This document shows positions 48,155 to 57,505 of a stretch of 64,000 nucleotides of DNA, piece after piece (position 1 is the first letter of the stretch; every line of letters starts with the position of its first letter). The stretch is from an uncultured virus (IMG/VR IMGVR_UViG_3300042197_001803) (Duplodnaviria; Heunggongvirae; Uroviricota; Caudoviricetes). Position numbers and translations under genes: made by a program. The stretch is taken from positions 1 to 64,000 of IMG/VR virus record IMGVR_UViG_3300042197_001803; one strand, written 5' to 3'. Under the pieces are notes generated by a model. The model saw only the letters and a list, made by a program, of their open reading frames with translations. It had not been told where the DNA came from and ran no database searches.

Positions 48155-49065
48155 TTAGTTCTTTTAAATTTAACGAATAACTTAACAAACATATCCCCAC
48201 TATTATGATACCCCTTACCTTTAACCCTTAATGGTTTAGAGGTGTCAAAAATATCAGGTAATTTAATTGATATACTCCCGAGTGGGTGTGGAACCTCTAT
48301 GTTGTCTTTTTCAAGTTCATCTTTATTAAGATATGAGTTATAGATTAAATCGTCGCCAATCTTTTCAAAATTATTTTGAGGAACTGATTTAACTCTAATA
48401 ACTAAATTACCATACATACCATCAATGTAATCACCTTTACCTTGTAACTTTAAAAATTGACCGTCGTCAATACCATGAGGTAATTTTATTTTTATACTTT
48501 CCAAAACTGACTTAGTTGTTTTACCATTACAACTTAAACAGGTTTTACTATACAAAAATCCAGACCCTTTACAGTTATTACACGCCTGTCTAACCATTTG
48601 ATTGAACATACTATTACCTATCTTATGTACATGAAATCCTTGTCCATTACAAACATGACAGGTAATTCTGTCTCCCCCAGAACCATTACAGTCATTACAT
48701 TGTAATTCTCTATTATATGTAATAACTCTATCACCAGCCAAAAATGAATCTACCGCACCTATATTCATTTCAATTATTTTATCGGGAACCCCTCTTTTTC
48801 TTGAGGTATAAAATTGATTACCAAATAAATCTTCAAATGGATTAAACCCACCACCGAATGGATTTTGTTTTTTACTATCGTACATTTTTCTTTTATTTTC
48901 ATCTCCCAAAGTGTCATAAGCTTCAGATATTTTTTTAAAATTATCTTCAGACCCTCCTTTATCGGGATGATGTTCAACCGCTAATTTACGATACGCCTTT
49001 TTTATTTCATCTTGTGTGGCGTTTTCATTAACACCTAATACCGTGTAAAAATTATCCTGATTCAT
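48151..49065 (-). CDS. dnaJ: DnaJ chaperone
   Basis: J-domain with HPD, CxxCxGxG zinc fingers, C-terminal domain. Confidence 0.93.
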   Translation of the reverse strand: MNQDNFYTVLGVNENATQDEIKKAYRKLAVEHHPDKGGSEDNFKKISEAYDTLGDENKRKMYDSKKQNPFGGGFNPFEDLFGNQFYTSRKRGVPDKIIEMNIGAVDSFLAGDRVITYNRELQCNDCNGSGGDRITCHVCNGQGFHVHKIGNSMFNQMVRQACNNCKGSGFLYSKTCLSCNGKTTKSVLESIKIKLPHGIDDGQFLKLQGKGDYIDGMYGNLVIRVKSVPQNNFEKIGDDLIYNSYLNKDELEKDNIEVPHPLGSISIKLPDIFDTSKPLRVKGKGYHNSGDMFVKLFVKFKRTN

Positions 49066-49133
49066 TTACAATATTTATTTAAAACCTTTTTAAGTTATAT
49101 TTTAATAATATAATCAAAATAAGTTATAAAGTA

Positions 49134-49787
49134 ATGAACTACTCCGAAAATTACCTTATAGTTCTTTTTAAGAATAAAAGAAAAAAGAAAATAATCAATA
49201 AATTTAAGACTCATAAAAGAGCTAAAGAATTTTTTGATAATTTATTATCGGAATCCAATAGTGTAATATTTGATAAACAATACGAAAATGGTGTTAAATC
49301 AAAATATGAAATCGCAATATTAGAACGAATGTCAGGTACTATGTTACCAATCTTTTTAAAAGATGAACTAGGTAGAAATATTAAAGTTGAATTGGATGAT
49401 GAAAACTATAAAATAATTAAGATTGAGGATTATAAAGAAGACGAGTATATTTTAGATTATTCTAATTCAAATAAATTAACAACTAAGGAATTCATTAAGA
49501 CTTTTTTGGACCCGTCAGGATTCAAATTAATATCTAAATTAAATAATAAGATTATTGTACAAAACGACGATAAAATAAATTTATTTACACTTAAAAATGA
49601 AGATGATTCTTTAAGGTTTGTAGATAGTTTAAGTGAATATTTTAGACTACATAAAAGGTTTGATTGTATCTTTGTTAAAGATTACTCAACACAACAAAGA
49701 AAGTACTTATACGAACTTTTGGTTAATAATGGTTTTCCTAAGAGTTATTTGGTTCGTCGTTCAACGACTCATCCAGTAAAAACATAA
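49134..49787 (+). CDS. hypothetical protein
   Basis: 217-aa ORF. Confidence 0.7.
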   Translation: MNYSENYLIVLFKNKRKKKIINKFKTHKRAKEFFDNLLSESNSVIFDKQYENGVKSKYEIAILERMSGTMLPIFLKDELGRNIKVELDDENYKIIKIEDYKEDEYILDYSNSNKLTTKEFIKTFLDPSGFKLISKLNNKIIVQNDDKINLFTLKNEDDSLRFVDSLSEYFRLHKRFDCIFVKDYSTQQRKYLYELLVNNGFPKSYLVRRSTTHPVKT

Positions 49788-49989
49788 ATTGAACGTTGGA
49801 TAATTCAATCATAAATTGAGAATGTCCATGGTCAATTTCTCTAAAATTTTTTTGTACTTTTTTAAACTCGTCTTTTTTAAGCTCTAATGCAACTGCTATT
49901 TTTCCATTTGGAAAAAGTGTTTCTAACCCATCGGAAATCATTGCCAGTTTTTCAATTATCCCATCAATACTTTTTTGATTCTCTTCCAT
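49738..49989 (-). CDS. hypothetical protein
   Basis: 83-aa ORF in overlapping operon. Confidence 0.65.
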   Translation of the reverse strand: MEENQKSIDGIIEKLAMISDGLETLFPNGKIAVALELKKDEFKKVQKNFREIDHGHSQFMIELSNVQFMFLLDESLNDEPNNS

Positions 49990-50147
49990 AGTGATAATTT
50001 TTCAGGTTGTTTAGGTAGAATATCTTCTTTTTTTAATTTTTTTATATTGGCGATGATGGTTTTTTTTTGAGATTCTAATTCTGTTTTATCCTTTAGTCTC
50101 TCCTTCTCCAACCACTCTAACGCCCTCGAGTTCGTCTTCAGTGTCAT
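49956..50147 (-). CDS. hypothetical basic protein
   Basis: 63-aa ORF. Confidence 0.55.
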   Translation of the reverse strand: MTLKTNSRALEWLEKERLKDKTELESQKKTIIANIKKLKKEDILPKQPEKLSLWKRIKKVLMG

Positions 50148-50529
50148 CTAACTTAATCTTATTGTTTTTTATTTCAAATTGAAGTTCTTTTAAATTGTGT
50201 AAATTTTGTTTTTCAAATAATACTTTAAGTTCGTTAACTTTAGATTCAAATAGTTTTTCTTTTTCTTCTCTTTCTAAATTATATTTAACAATACTTTGAA
50301 TGTTCTTTGAAGTTAATTCAATGTCTTCTTCATTTATTTCACTAACAAAAGAAAAAAATCTATGTCCTTGAATTTGTGATTCTTGTTCTAAAATTTTATC
50401 TTCTCTAACAAATTTTTTAGGTAACTTCCATGTATTTGGAAAATTAACATCAAAACTTAGATAGTTTTTAATTTTTCTAACCGATTGGATATACGGTAGT
50501 AATGCTGAAAATTCTTTATATAAACTCAT
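50086..50529 (-). CDS. hypothetical protein
   Basis: 147-aa ORF. Confidence 0.7.
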   Translation of the reverse strand: MSLYKEFSALLPYIQSVRKIKNYLSFDVNFPNTWKLPKKFVREDKILEQESQIQGHRFFSFVSEINEEDIELTSKNIQSIVKYNLEREEKEKLFESKVNELKVLFEKQNLHNLKELQFEIKNNKIKLDDTEDELEGVRVVGEGETKG

Positions 50530-50533
50530 TCTA

Positions 50534-50722
50534 TTAAATCTTGATTAGGTATGTTAAAATATAAGACAAAGATAAACCAAAAAACATAAGTTCCCTCCCA
50601 GACAATATAAACTGTTCGGGAGGGTTTTTACTAAGGGCACTTATAAACCTGAAAATTGTTCTACTAACATTTAGTGCTGTAAAAATAAAAACGAATAAAA
50701 AAATCGTGTCTAATGTATACAT
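50534..50722 (-). CDS. small two-helix membrane protein
   Basis: two hydrophobic segments; TAATG-coupled to upstream gene. Confidence 0.65.
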   Translation of the reverse strand: MYTLDTIFLFVFIFTALNVSRTIFRFISALSKNPPEQFILSGRELMFFGLSLSYILTYLIKI

Positions 50723-50898
50723 TATTCGTTTGTTTTCTTTTCGTCTAATATTTCAAGTCTTAATTGTTGTAGTAGTGATTTAAGTTCCTGAGCTTGTTTT
50801 CTTGCTCTGGTTCCTGCACTTTTGTTACCTTTGTAAAATTTAGTAACATCGACTGATAATTCTTCAGTCAATAATTTAATTTTTTCTAAAGTTTCCAT
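50722..50898 (-). CDS. Hc1 / histone H1-like nucleoid protein (58 aa, not in ORF track)
   Basis: METLEKIK...DVTKFYKGNKSAGTRARKQAQELKSLLQQLR. Confidence 0.8.
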   Translation of the reverse strand: METLEKIKLLTEELSVDVTKFYKGNKSAGTRARKQAQELKSLLQQLRLEILDEKKTNE

Positions 50899-50976
50899 TT
50901 TTTTATATTTTTAAAGTTTTTATCTTAATCTAAGATTAGTTTTTTTTATTATATAGTAAACAATAACTGAGTTTTT

Positions 50977-51444
50977 TTAATTTTTCAAATTTCTATCCAA
51001 AGTCTTATAAATTGTAGCTATCATATCTAAATCAGACTTGGTAAATGGTTTTTTAACATCGAATAGGTCATTGAAGAAGTTACCTATTGACTTTCTAACC
51101 TTATCGTCAGTTTGATTGTAAAATATGTCTTTAAAGAAAGACTGAAAATATTCGTAGTGGTCACCCTTTTTTAAGAATTTAATATTTTCTTTTTCAAAAT
51201 TCTCAACGGTTTTGTTCCAACACCAATCAAAGTGTTTAACATTATCGTCCTCTGACATTACTATTTTAGTTTCATTAGGTAATGTATTTTCACCCAAATA
51301 GGTATCAACTATAATTATGTTTAATGAATGTGAAAAATCAGAAAACAAATCTAGTTTTTCAGGTATGATATTGTTTACCCTAAACCATATGTCAACATCC
51401 TCAGGATTCAACGGTTTTGTTATATAATTAAAAAAATTCTCCAT
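50977..51444 (-). CDS. hypothetical protein
   Basis: 155-aa ORF. Confidence 0.75.
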   Translation of the reverse strand: MENFFNYITKPLNPEDVDIWFRVNNIIPEKLDLFSDFSHSLNIIIVDTYLGENTLPNETKIVMSEDDNVKHFDWCWNKTVENFEKENIKFLKKGDHYEYFQSFFKDIFYNQTDDKVRKSIGNFFNDLFDVKKPFTKSDLDMIATIYKTLDRNLKN

Positions 51445-51491
51445 AGATTTGGTCTATGGAGAAATAATAATTAATAATATAATAATGTAAA

Positions 51492-53114
51492 TTATTGTGT
51501 TTTTTGATTGTAACCCATTAATGATTTCATTCTACCAAATTCCTCATTAATTTTTTGAGCTTTTTTAGGGTCAATAGATTCTAACTTAGTCATAATTTTA
51601 TCACCCTCATCCTCACCTGTCTTATCGTTAACAATAGGTTGTGGTGCTTTATTGTATGCCTTTCTTTTAATCTTAGCTAACAAATTATCTTTTCTAATTT
51701 TATTTCTTTTTTTGTTAACATCAGACTTACCTGTGTTTGCCCACTCAGGATTATTACCTGTTCTTGAAGAACCTTCAATATTGTCTGTTACCCAATCTTC
51801 ATTAGGACTTATTCCGTCATAATCCAAATTCTCTAAACCAGCTGCGGTAAAATTATCAATATAATCTTGAACAGCTCCTGATGGTACATAAGCCTTTTTA
51901 CTCATTTTTGCTAGCTCTCCGTTTCCTTTTGGAAAGAAGTCGGGATTCTCTTTGTATTCACCTTTAGAACCATCTTTAAGATATTCTTTCATTTTTTTAG
52001 CGGTGGCCTTTAAAGCATCACTATTTTCTTTACCATCTTTAGCATGAATTTGTTTATATTTTTCTAAACCTTTAGCAGTTCCTAATTTTATATTAGATTT
52101 CTGTTCTTCCATAATAATTTTTTCAATTAATTTAATCATTTCAGATTCTTTAAGTTTAACTGATTTTTTCTTGTGTTCAGAACCCGCATACCCTTTAATA
52201 TTTTTAGCAAAGTTCGCCATTTTAACCACTGATGGATTATCAGATTTCATAGCTTTATCTATACATTTTTTAGTTACTTCACCTTCTTCAGATGCTAAAC
52301 CATTTCTTTTACACCAAGAACCAAATTTACCTTCAGTTCCTTTCTTCTCAATTTTTTCAGTAGCTTTTTGTATGAATTTTTTACCTTCTCCTAAATTTGA
52401 AGTGTCTTTATATTTTTTACCACCTAACTCAAAAGTACCACCTTTAGGGGTTTGTTTTAATTTAGCGGTAAAAGCATTACCTTCCTCAGTTTCACCTTCT
52501 TCAGAAACCATTTCACCAGCTCTAAATCCTGCAGGTGTTCTGAAATTAGGGTCGTTAATATTCTTACCTTTACTCTTCATACTTCTAAGTTTTTTAAAAT
52601 CAGCACCTGTGATTTTACCTTTTGGTTCTGCAACGTCAATTTTGTGTTGTTTTCCGTGAAGTTCTTCGCTCATTTCTAACTTTTTATGATATCTACAAGC
52701 CTCTTCATTGTATTCTTCAGAATCTTTAGAACAAAATCTGTTAACCCTATCTAATGGGTCACCATCATCATCCGCTGACGTTATTTCTAAATTATCTTCC
52801 ATAGATATTTCTTCTTTATCTTCAGCAACATAATCAAATTCTGTAGATGCGTTTTTTAAATAACCTATTTCTTCTTCATACATTCTGTTAGACCCACACT
52901 GTTCACAAGTTTCACCTTCTTTCATTTCACCACCACATTGTTCACATGTTTCCATTTTTTCGTTAACTTCAGATGACATCATTTCGTCAACTTCTTCATC
53001 GGTTGGGATTTTATTTTTTATCTTGGAAACTAATTTATTGGCTTTTTCCTCCAAAGTTTCATTAATAACCTTATTTATTAAACTATCTATGTAAGTTTGA
53101 TTTAATTTTTTCAT
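51492..53114 (-). CDS. modular K/E-rich protein, probably internal head protein
   Basis: two CEQCG, GKITGADFKKLR, EGNAF modules; KVINETLEE leader; TATTTAT at 53129-53135. Confidence 0.65.
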   Translation of the reverse strand: MKKLNQTYIDSLINKVINETLEEKANKLVSKIKNKIPTDEEVDEMMSSEVNEKMETCEQCGGEMKEGETCEQCGSNRMYEEEIGYLKNASTEFDYVAEDKEEISMEDNLEITSADDDGDPLDRVNRFCSKDSEEYNEEACRYHKKLEMSEELHGKQHKIDVAEPKGKITGADFKKLRSMKSKGKNINDPNFRTPAGFRAGEMVSEEGETEEGNAFTAKLKQTPKGGTFELGGKKYKDTSNLGEGKKFIQKATEKIEKKGTEGKFGSWCKRNGLASEEGEVTKKCIDKAMKSDNPSVVKMANFAKNIKGYAGSEHKKKSVKLKESEMIKLIEKIIMEEQKSNIKLGTAKGLEKYKQIHAKDGKENSDALKATAKKMKEYLKDGSKGEYKENPDFFPKGNGELAKMSKKAYVPSGAVQDYIDNFTAAGLENLDYDGISPNEDWVTDNIEGSSRTGNNPEWANTGKSDVNKKRNKIRKDNLLAKIKRKAYNKAPQPIVNDKTGEDEGDKIMTKLESIDPKKAQKINEEFGRMKSLMGYNQKTQ

Positions 53115-53150
53115 TTTACTTTTTTATTATAAATATCAATTATTTTCAGT

Positions 53151-54218
53151 TTATTTTGAGTTTTTGTTTTTTTCATATTCATAAGCTAAAATTGTTTTAA
53201 TCACATTTTCACTTATATTATGTTCTTTACTTACTTTTGATATTACCTTCTTAAGTGTCTCGTTTTCAAAAATATTTAAAGCTTTAATATCACCTTGGTT
53301 ACAATATGGAAATGTCTTACATTTCTTTTTAACCTGAACAAATTTGCCTCCAGGTATTTGTGGTTTTGAAGCCCCTCTAAAATCTTTTTTGTTCATTGAT
53401 TTAGCCCACATTTTAGGTGTTGAATATTGACCAGCAGAGGATGAGCTAGTCGCTTCTTTAGCTTCAATTTTTTGTAATTTATCGTAATACTTTGGGTCTT
53501 CAAATAAATGGTCCATCGCGATTTCTTTAGCCTTACCTCTATCGTCAGTATGTTCCATTTCAACCTTAATACCTTTGTTGAGTTGTTTTTTTAATTCTTT
53601 TTCAACCAACCCAATATCTTTACCTTTTTGTTTGTTTTTATTAACAAGGTCTTCAAAAGTTTTGTTATCCGCTTTACCACCTTTTAGTTTTTCCTCAGAC
53701 ATTTGTTTTTTCTTTCTACCTTGACAATGAGCCCTTTGCGAAAAACCTTTTGGGTTTTTACAATCAATACTTTTTTTATATTTTTCTGACCACTTTTCTT
53801 CTACCTCTTCCGATTCATAAACAAAACCACCTTTAACTTTTTTCTTTGGTTGTTCATCTTTAAACATACTATCAAGTCTTTTAGGTTCAGTGGTAAATAA
53901 AGGTTGACTATATCCACCAGCTGACCCCGCACCTGTAGCCTCGGTTGTTTCTCCATCTTCACCCATAATAGGTTTCATAGATGTTAATTTACCAATAGGT
54001 TTTTTAATTTTCTTTTTACCAGTTAAATCACTTACTTTCATGGTTTTAATAGGTCTTCTAATTATTTGTTCGTTACTTTCGTCTTCATTAGTAGGGACAG
54101 CATTAATGAACTGATTAACCGACATAGCACCTTCGGGTCCTTGGATAACGTTCATATCGCTAGCGGTCTTTCCGATTGCGGTTTTTAAATTTCCTGATAA
54201 GTTTAAGTTTTTAAGCAT
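53151..54218 (-). CDS. modular protein with DUF5661-like segment
   Basis: GIKVEMEHT...IAMDHL.EDPKYY; KWSEKYKKSIDC..PKGFSQRAHC; two EAT..S.G.YS.P modules. Confidence 0.7.
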   Translation of the reverse strand: MLKNLNLSGNLKTAIGKTASDMNVIQGPEGAMSVNQFINAVPTNEDESNEQIIRRPIKTMKVSDLTGKKKIKKPIGKLTSMKPIMGEDGETTEATGAGSAGGYSQPLFTTEPKRLDSMFKDEQPKKKVKGGFVYESEEVEEKWSEKYKKSIDCKNPKGFSQRAHCQGRKKKQMSEEKLKGGKADNKTFEDLVNKNKQKGKDIGLVEKELKKQLNKGIKVEMEHTDDRGKAKEIAMDHLFEDPKYYDKLQKIEAKEATSSSSAGQYSTPKMWAKSMNKKDFRGASKPQIPGGKFVQVKKKCKTFPYCNQGDIKALNIFENETLKKVISKVSKEHNISENVIKTILAYEYEKNKNSK

Positions 54219-54456
54219 TTTTTAATCTAGGTTCCCAATAACTTCTTTGAGTCCACATAAAATTGTAAAACTCTCTGAATATTTTTATGGTGATATCTTT
54301 AACATCACCTTTTAATTTACCTCTTTTAATTTCTTGAGCAACTAAATCAATCATTTTGTCTTCGTGTTGACGCAAAGTACTAGAACCAAGAAAATCTTTA
54401 ATTTCTTTTCTAATCATTGTTTCAATTTCTCTTTTTTCAGTTTGAGTTAGAGCCAT
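54211..54456 (-). CDS. hypothetical protein
   Basis: 81-aa ORF. Confidence 0.7.
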   Translation of the reverse strand: MALTQTEKREIETMIRKEIKDFLGSSTLRQHEDKMIDLVAQEIKRGKLKGDVKDITIKIFREFYNFMWTQRSYWEPRLKNA

Positions 54457-54884
54457 ATTCCAATCAATATTGAGGTTGATATTATTCCAATAACCGAACC
54501 TATCTTATAAAAGATACCTTCGGTTTTTCTTCTTTTAATTTCTTTTTTTAAATTATCTGTTAATTCTTTAGAAATCTTTAGTTGTTCGTCTTTTAAAACT
54601 ATAATACATTGATTATTTGTGTCTTTAATAGTCAATAGTTGTATAATACTATCTTTAACTTCTTCTCTACTTTCAATTAGGGATATTTTTTCTTGGTATA
54701 ATTTAACTTCTTCTTCACACCCATCCAACTTTATTAAATCTTTAACAACCTCTTTAGCGGTTTCCTTACTAAGAATAACTTTAGTTGTGTCGGTTAATTT
54801 AACTTTATTTTTTACCGTATCTATTTGTGAAAAACAATTCAAGGTCATTAACGCCAAAATTGTCAACATTACGAATTTTTTCAT
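54447..54884 (-). CDS. exported coiled-coil protein with C-terminal TM, spanin-like
   Basis: N-terminal signal, coiled coil, C-terminal hydrophobic helix; overlaps 54805-55146. Confidence 0.5.
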   Translation of the reverse strand: MKKFVMLTILALMTLNCFSQIDTVKNKVKLTDTTKVILSKETAKEVVKDLIKLDGCEEEVKLYQEKISLIESREEVKDSIIQLLTIKDTNNQCIIVLKDEQLKISKELTDNLKKEIKRRKTEGIFYKIGSVIGIISTSILIGIWL

Positions 54885-55146
54885 CAGTATTTCTTTTAAT
54901 TATGTTAATAGTTTTATCAACTTTTTCTATTTTATTTGTTATATTAGATATATCACCATTTAATGTTATTATCTTATTATTAATTTCGGTGTTAATTTTA
55001 CTAATAGAATCCACGTTAGTTTGTAATGATTTTATTTTGTCTTCATACTTTTTAACATCGGTTTTAATAGTATTAACACTAATTAAATTAATAATTAATA
55101 AAATTGCTATAACAGATAATAAAACAAATTCTTTAGTGATTTTCAT
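54805..55146 (-). CDS. N-terminal TM coiled-coil protein, i-spanin-like
   Basis: TM helix then heptad repeats; near amidase. Confidence 0.5.
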   Translation of the reverse strand: MKITKEFVLLSVIAILLIINLISVNTIKTDVKKYEDKIKSLQTNVDSISKINTEINNKIITLNGDISNITNKIEKVDKTINIIKRNTDEKIRNVDNFGVNDLELFFTNRYGKK

Positions 55147-55147
55147 A

Positions 55148-55756
55148 TTATTCTACGTCTTTAGTTTTCTTTCTCGATGCTAATATTTTAGCCCATTTAG
55201 ATTTAAATTTTTCGTAATATGTTTTTAGTTTTTCAATCAGTTCCAAAAAATTCTCATCTGTTTTAATCATATCACCATTGATATATATACCATTCTCTTC
55301 TCCAATTGAAAAGAAGAATTCTAAATCAAACTCGATTAATTTACCTGACCACTCAACATTTTGTGGAAACACATTTAAACTATTGAAATCTACTAAATCA
55401 GAAACTTCATTGACAAACTCTTCCATTGTCTCTTGGAAAGCAACTTTTTCATCAGTAGTTAGTTCAACATCTTTTTTGTCTTTACCATTTAACACTAAAA
55501 TACCGCCAGATATTCTATAACCTTGTTTTTTATCTTTACTTGGGTCTGTTTGGTCTTCAATTGTATCTTCAACCGATTTAGTTATATTAATTTTTTTAGT
55601 CACATTGTCGTCAGTCAAATCAACACCTTGTTCAGTTATAATTCCGTATTTACTACGAATTCTTTCATAATCCTCATTAAGATTATTATTACTTAACATC
55701 TCTCTAGATGCTCTTAATAATTGTTTTATTTCATCATGTGTATTCTTCATTTTCAA
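55148..55756 (-). CDS. hypothetical protein
   Basis: 202-aa ORF. Confidence 0.75.
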   Translation of the reverse strand: MKMKNTHDEIKQLLRASREMLSNNNLNEDYERIRSKYGIITEQGVDLTDDNVTKKINITKSVEDTIEDQTDPSKDKKQGYRISGGILVLNGKDKKDVELTTDEKVAFQETMEEFVNEVSDLVDFNSLNVFPQNVEWSGKLIEFDLEFFFSIGEENGIYINGDMIKTDENFLELIEKLKTYYEKFKSKWAKILASRKKTKDVE

Positions 55757-56339
55757 GTTTCTTTAAAAAGTATTCAAAATTAAATGATGGGTTAATGTCT
55801 GTATACATAATATCATAATTACTTCTACTAACAACACCTTCATATTTTTCAATTCCATTTATTTTAGTATTGTGCCCAATAAATTGTGGTTTTATTGACA
55901 TTTCTGAGAATATTTTCTTACACAATTCAATTGTTTTTTCGGTTTGAATTTCTGTGTAAGGTTCCCAAAAAAAGTAATCTCTCCACTTTTTTTCGTACAC
56001 TTTACCTTTATAAATATCACCAATCCAATTAATGTAATAATCTTTTAGGGGTTCTTTATTTAACCAACCCAAATTTTCTAAAGAAATAATAATACCGTTC
56101 CTGTTTATATTTGGAGAGTCGAATATATTTGAGTGTTCAATGTTGTTTAACAACTGAATTATGTCACCATTTCTGGTAATAATATAATTTGGGATTTTGT
56201 TGTAGTTACCGTTAAATCGGTACGTTAAAGAATTTATATAACTATCGTACTCTCTACCAGTATGAATTAAAATTATCTGATTTTTTTTCTTTTGTTTGCC
56301 ACTTGGACTAAACTTGTTATTTTTTACTATATCTAACAT
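55734..56339 (-). CDS. N-acetylmuramoyl-L-alanine amidase (Amidase_2-like), candidate endolysin
   Basis: IILIHT, PNYIITRNGDIIQL, IISLEN, GHN, DINP. Confidence 0.7.
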   Translation of the reverse strand: MLDIVKNNKFSPSGKQKKKNQIILIHTGREYDSYINSLTYRFNGNYNKIPNYIITRNGDIIQLLNNIEHSNIFDSPNINRNGIIISLENLGWLNKEPLKDYYINWIGDIYKGKVYEKKWRDYFFWEPYTEIQTEKTIELCKKIFSEMSIKPQFIGHNTKINGIEKYEGVVSRSNYDIMYTDINPSFNFEYFLKKLENEEYT

Positions 56340-56360
56340 TAACCATAGTGGTTCAGTAGT

Positions 56361-57146
56361 TTATTTTACATAACTTAATCTCTTAATCCCATCATCTGTA
56401 GTGGTGGTTGTTGTGGTATCGACAGTATGTCCATTTTCATCATACATTTCACCAATTTCATTCACATAATATTTAACAGGTACCTCAACTATTTTTTCAA
56501 CTTCCTTGATGACTTCAATTGGTTTTTCAACTTCTTTAATAACTTCAACAGGAACCTCGACTATTTTTTCAACTTCTTTAATAACTTCAACAGGAACCTC
56601 GACTATTTTTTCAACTTCTTTAATAACTTCAACAGGAACCTCGACTATTTTTTCAACTTCTTTAACTTCAATGTTATTTTCATTATTGTCTTTATATTTT
56701 ATAAAGAAATGTAAAGAAGTTAATGATATGATAGGTAGTAAACCTCCTTCTAAAAATGCCAACCATCTTTTTAATGAAATAATATCACCTACATCTGAAC
56801 CTAAACTTTCCCACACAGGTAATGTTAACTCAACCCAAGCTTTGAATAACTCACCATTAGCGTCTATTTCTTTATAGGAGTAAAAGATATTACCTATCAT
56901 TTGAATAAATGTGACTAATCCAAACATAAACCAAACCCCACCTTTTATTTTATTAGTGGCGGCAACCAAAGCGGTCATAGCCCCAACCTCAATAGCGATA
57001 GATAAGTATATGGCCCAGTTAATTGGGTTTGCGATATCATACCACGAAACTACGTGTGATATTGAAATACCCGCAACGAGAACAATAGGGACTAAAAACA
57101 TAGCCCTATTAGGATTATTTTTTATCCACTCAATAATTCTCTTCAT
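56361..57146 (-). CDS. multi-TM membrane protein with VEVPVEVIKE repeat tail
   Basis: about four hydrophobic helices then KEVEKIVEVPVEVI repeats. Confidence 0.75.
   Translation of the reverse strand: MKRIIEWIKNNPNRAMFLVPIVLVAGISISHVVSWYDIANPINWAIYLSIAIEVGAMTALVAATNKIKGGVWFMFGLVTFIQMIGNIFYSYKEIDANGELFKAWVELTLPVWESLGSDVGDIISLKRWLAFLEGGLLPIISLTSLHFFIKYKDNNENNIEVKEVEKIVEVPVEVIKEVEKIVEVPVEVIKEVEKIVEVPVEVIKEVEKPIEVIKEVEKIVEVPVKYYVNEIGEMYDENGHTVDTTTTTTTDDGIKRLSYVK
56523..56665. repeat. 42-bp perfect tandem repeat, about 3.4 copies, in frame
   Basis: unit TTTTTCAACTTCTTTAATAACTTCAACAGGAACCTCGACTAT. Confidence 0.9.
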
Positions 57147-57436
57147 TATTTTTGTAGTTCTGAAATTTCTTTATCAATTTCTGTTTGACGATTAACATCT
57201 AACATTTTTCTGTCAGTGGCCTGAATCATCCTTTTTTCGGATTTTAAACCTTCAATTTTAATTTCTCTTCTTAATTGAATCGATAATGAGTCGACACTTT
57301 TATCAACTGATTTAACTTCTTTCGTGATTTTATCTACTCTACCATTGGTTGAGCATGTCTTCAAAAAGATGATTAAAACTAAAATTGTTGTAATTCTAAC
57401 ACCCCATGTGTCAATAAAATTTAAAATATTTTTCAT
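57146..57436 (-). CDS. TM + coiled-coil protein
   Basis: hydrophobic helix ending FLKTC then coiled coil. Confidence 0.7.
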   Translation of the reverse strand: MKNILNFIDTWGVRITTILVLIIFLKTCSTNGRVDKITKEVKSVDKSVDSLSIQLRREIKIEGLKSEKRMIQATDRKMLDVNRQTEIDKEISELQK

Positions 57437-57505
57437 AGTTATATTTTTTTATTTAATAAAAGTAAAAAACCTTCTACTATAATAAATAGAAGGTTTTCAC
57501 CATTT

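Noticed and set aside
56523-56665. tandem repeats as a CRISPR array
   Set aside because: No spacers; 42-bp in-frame coding repeats; no cas genes
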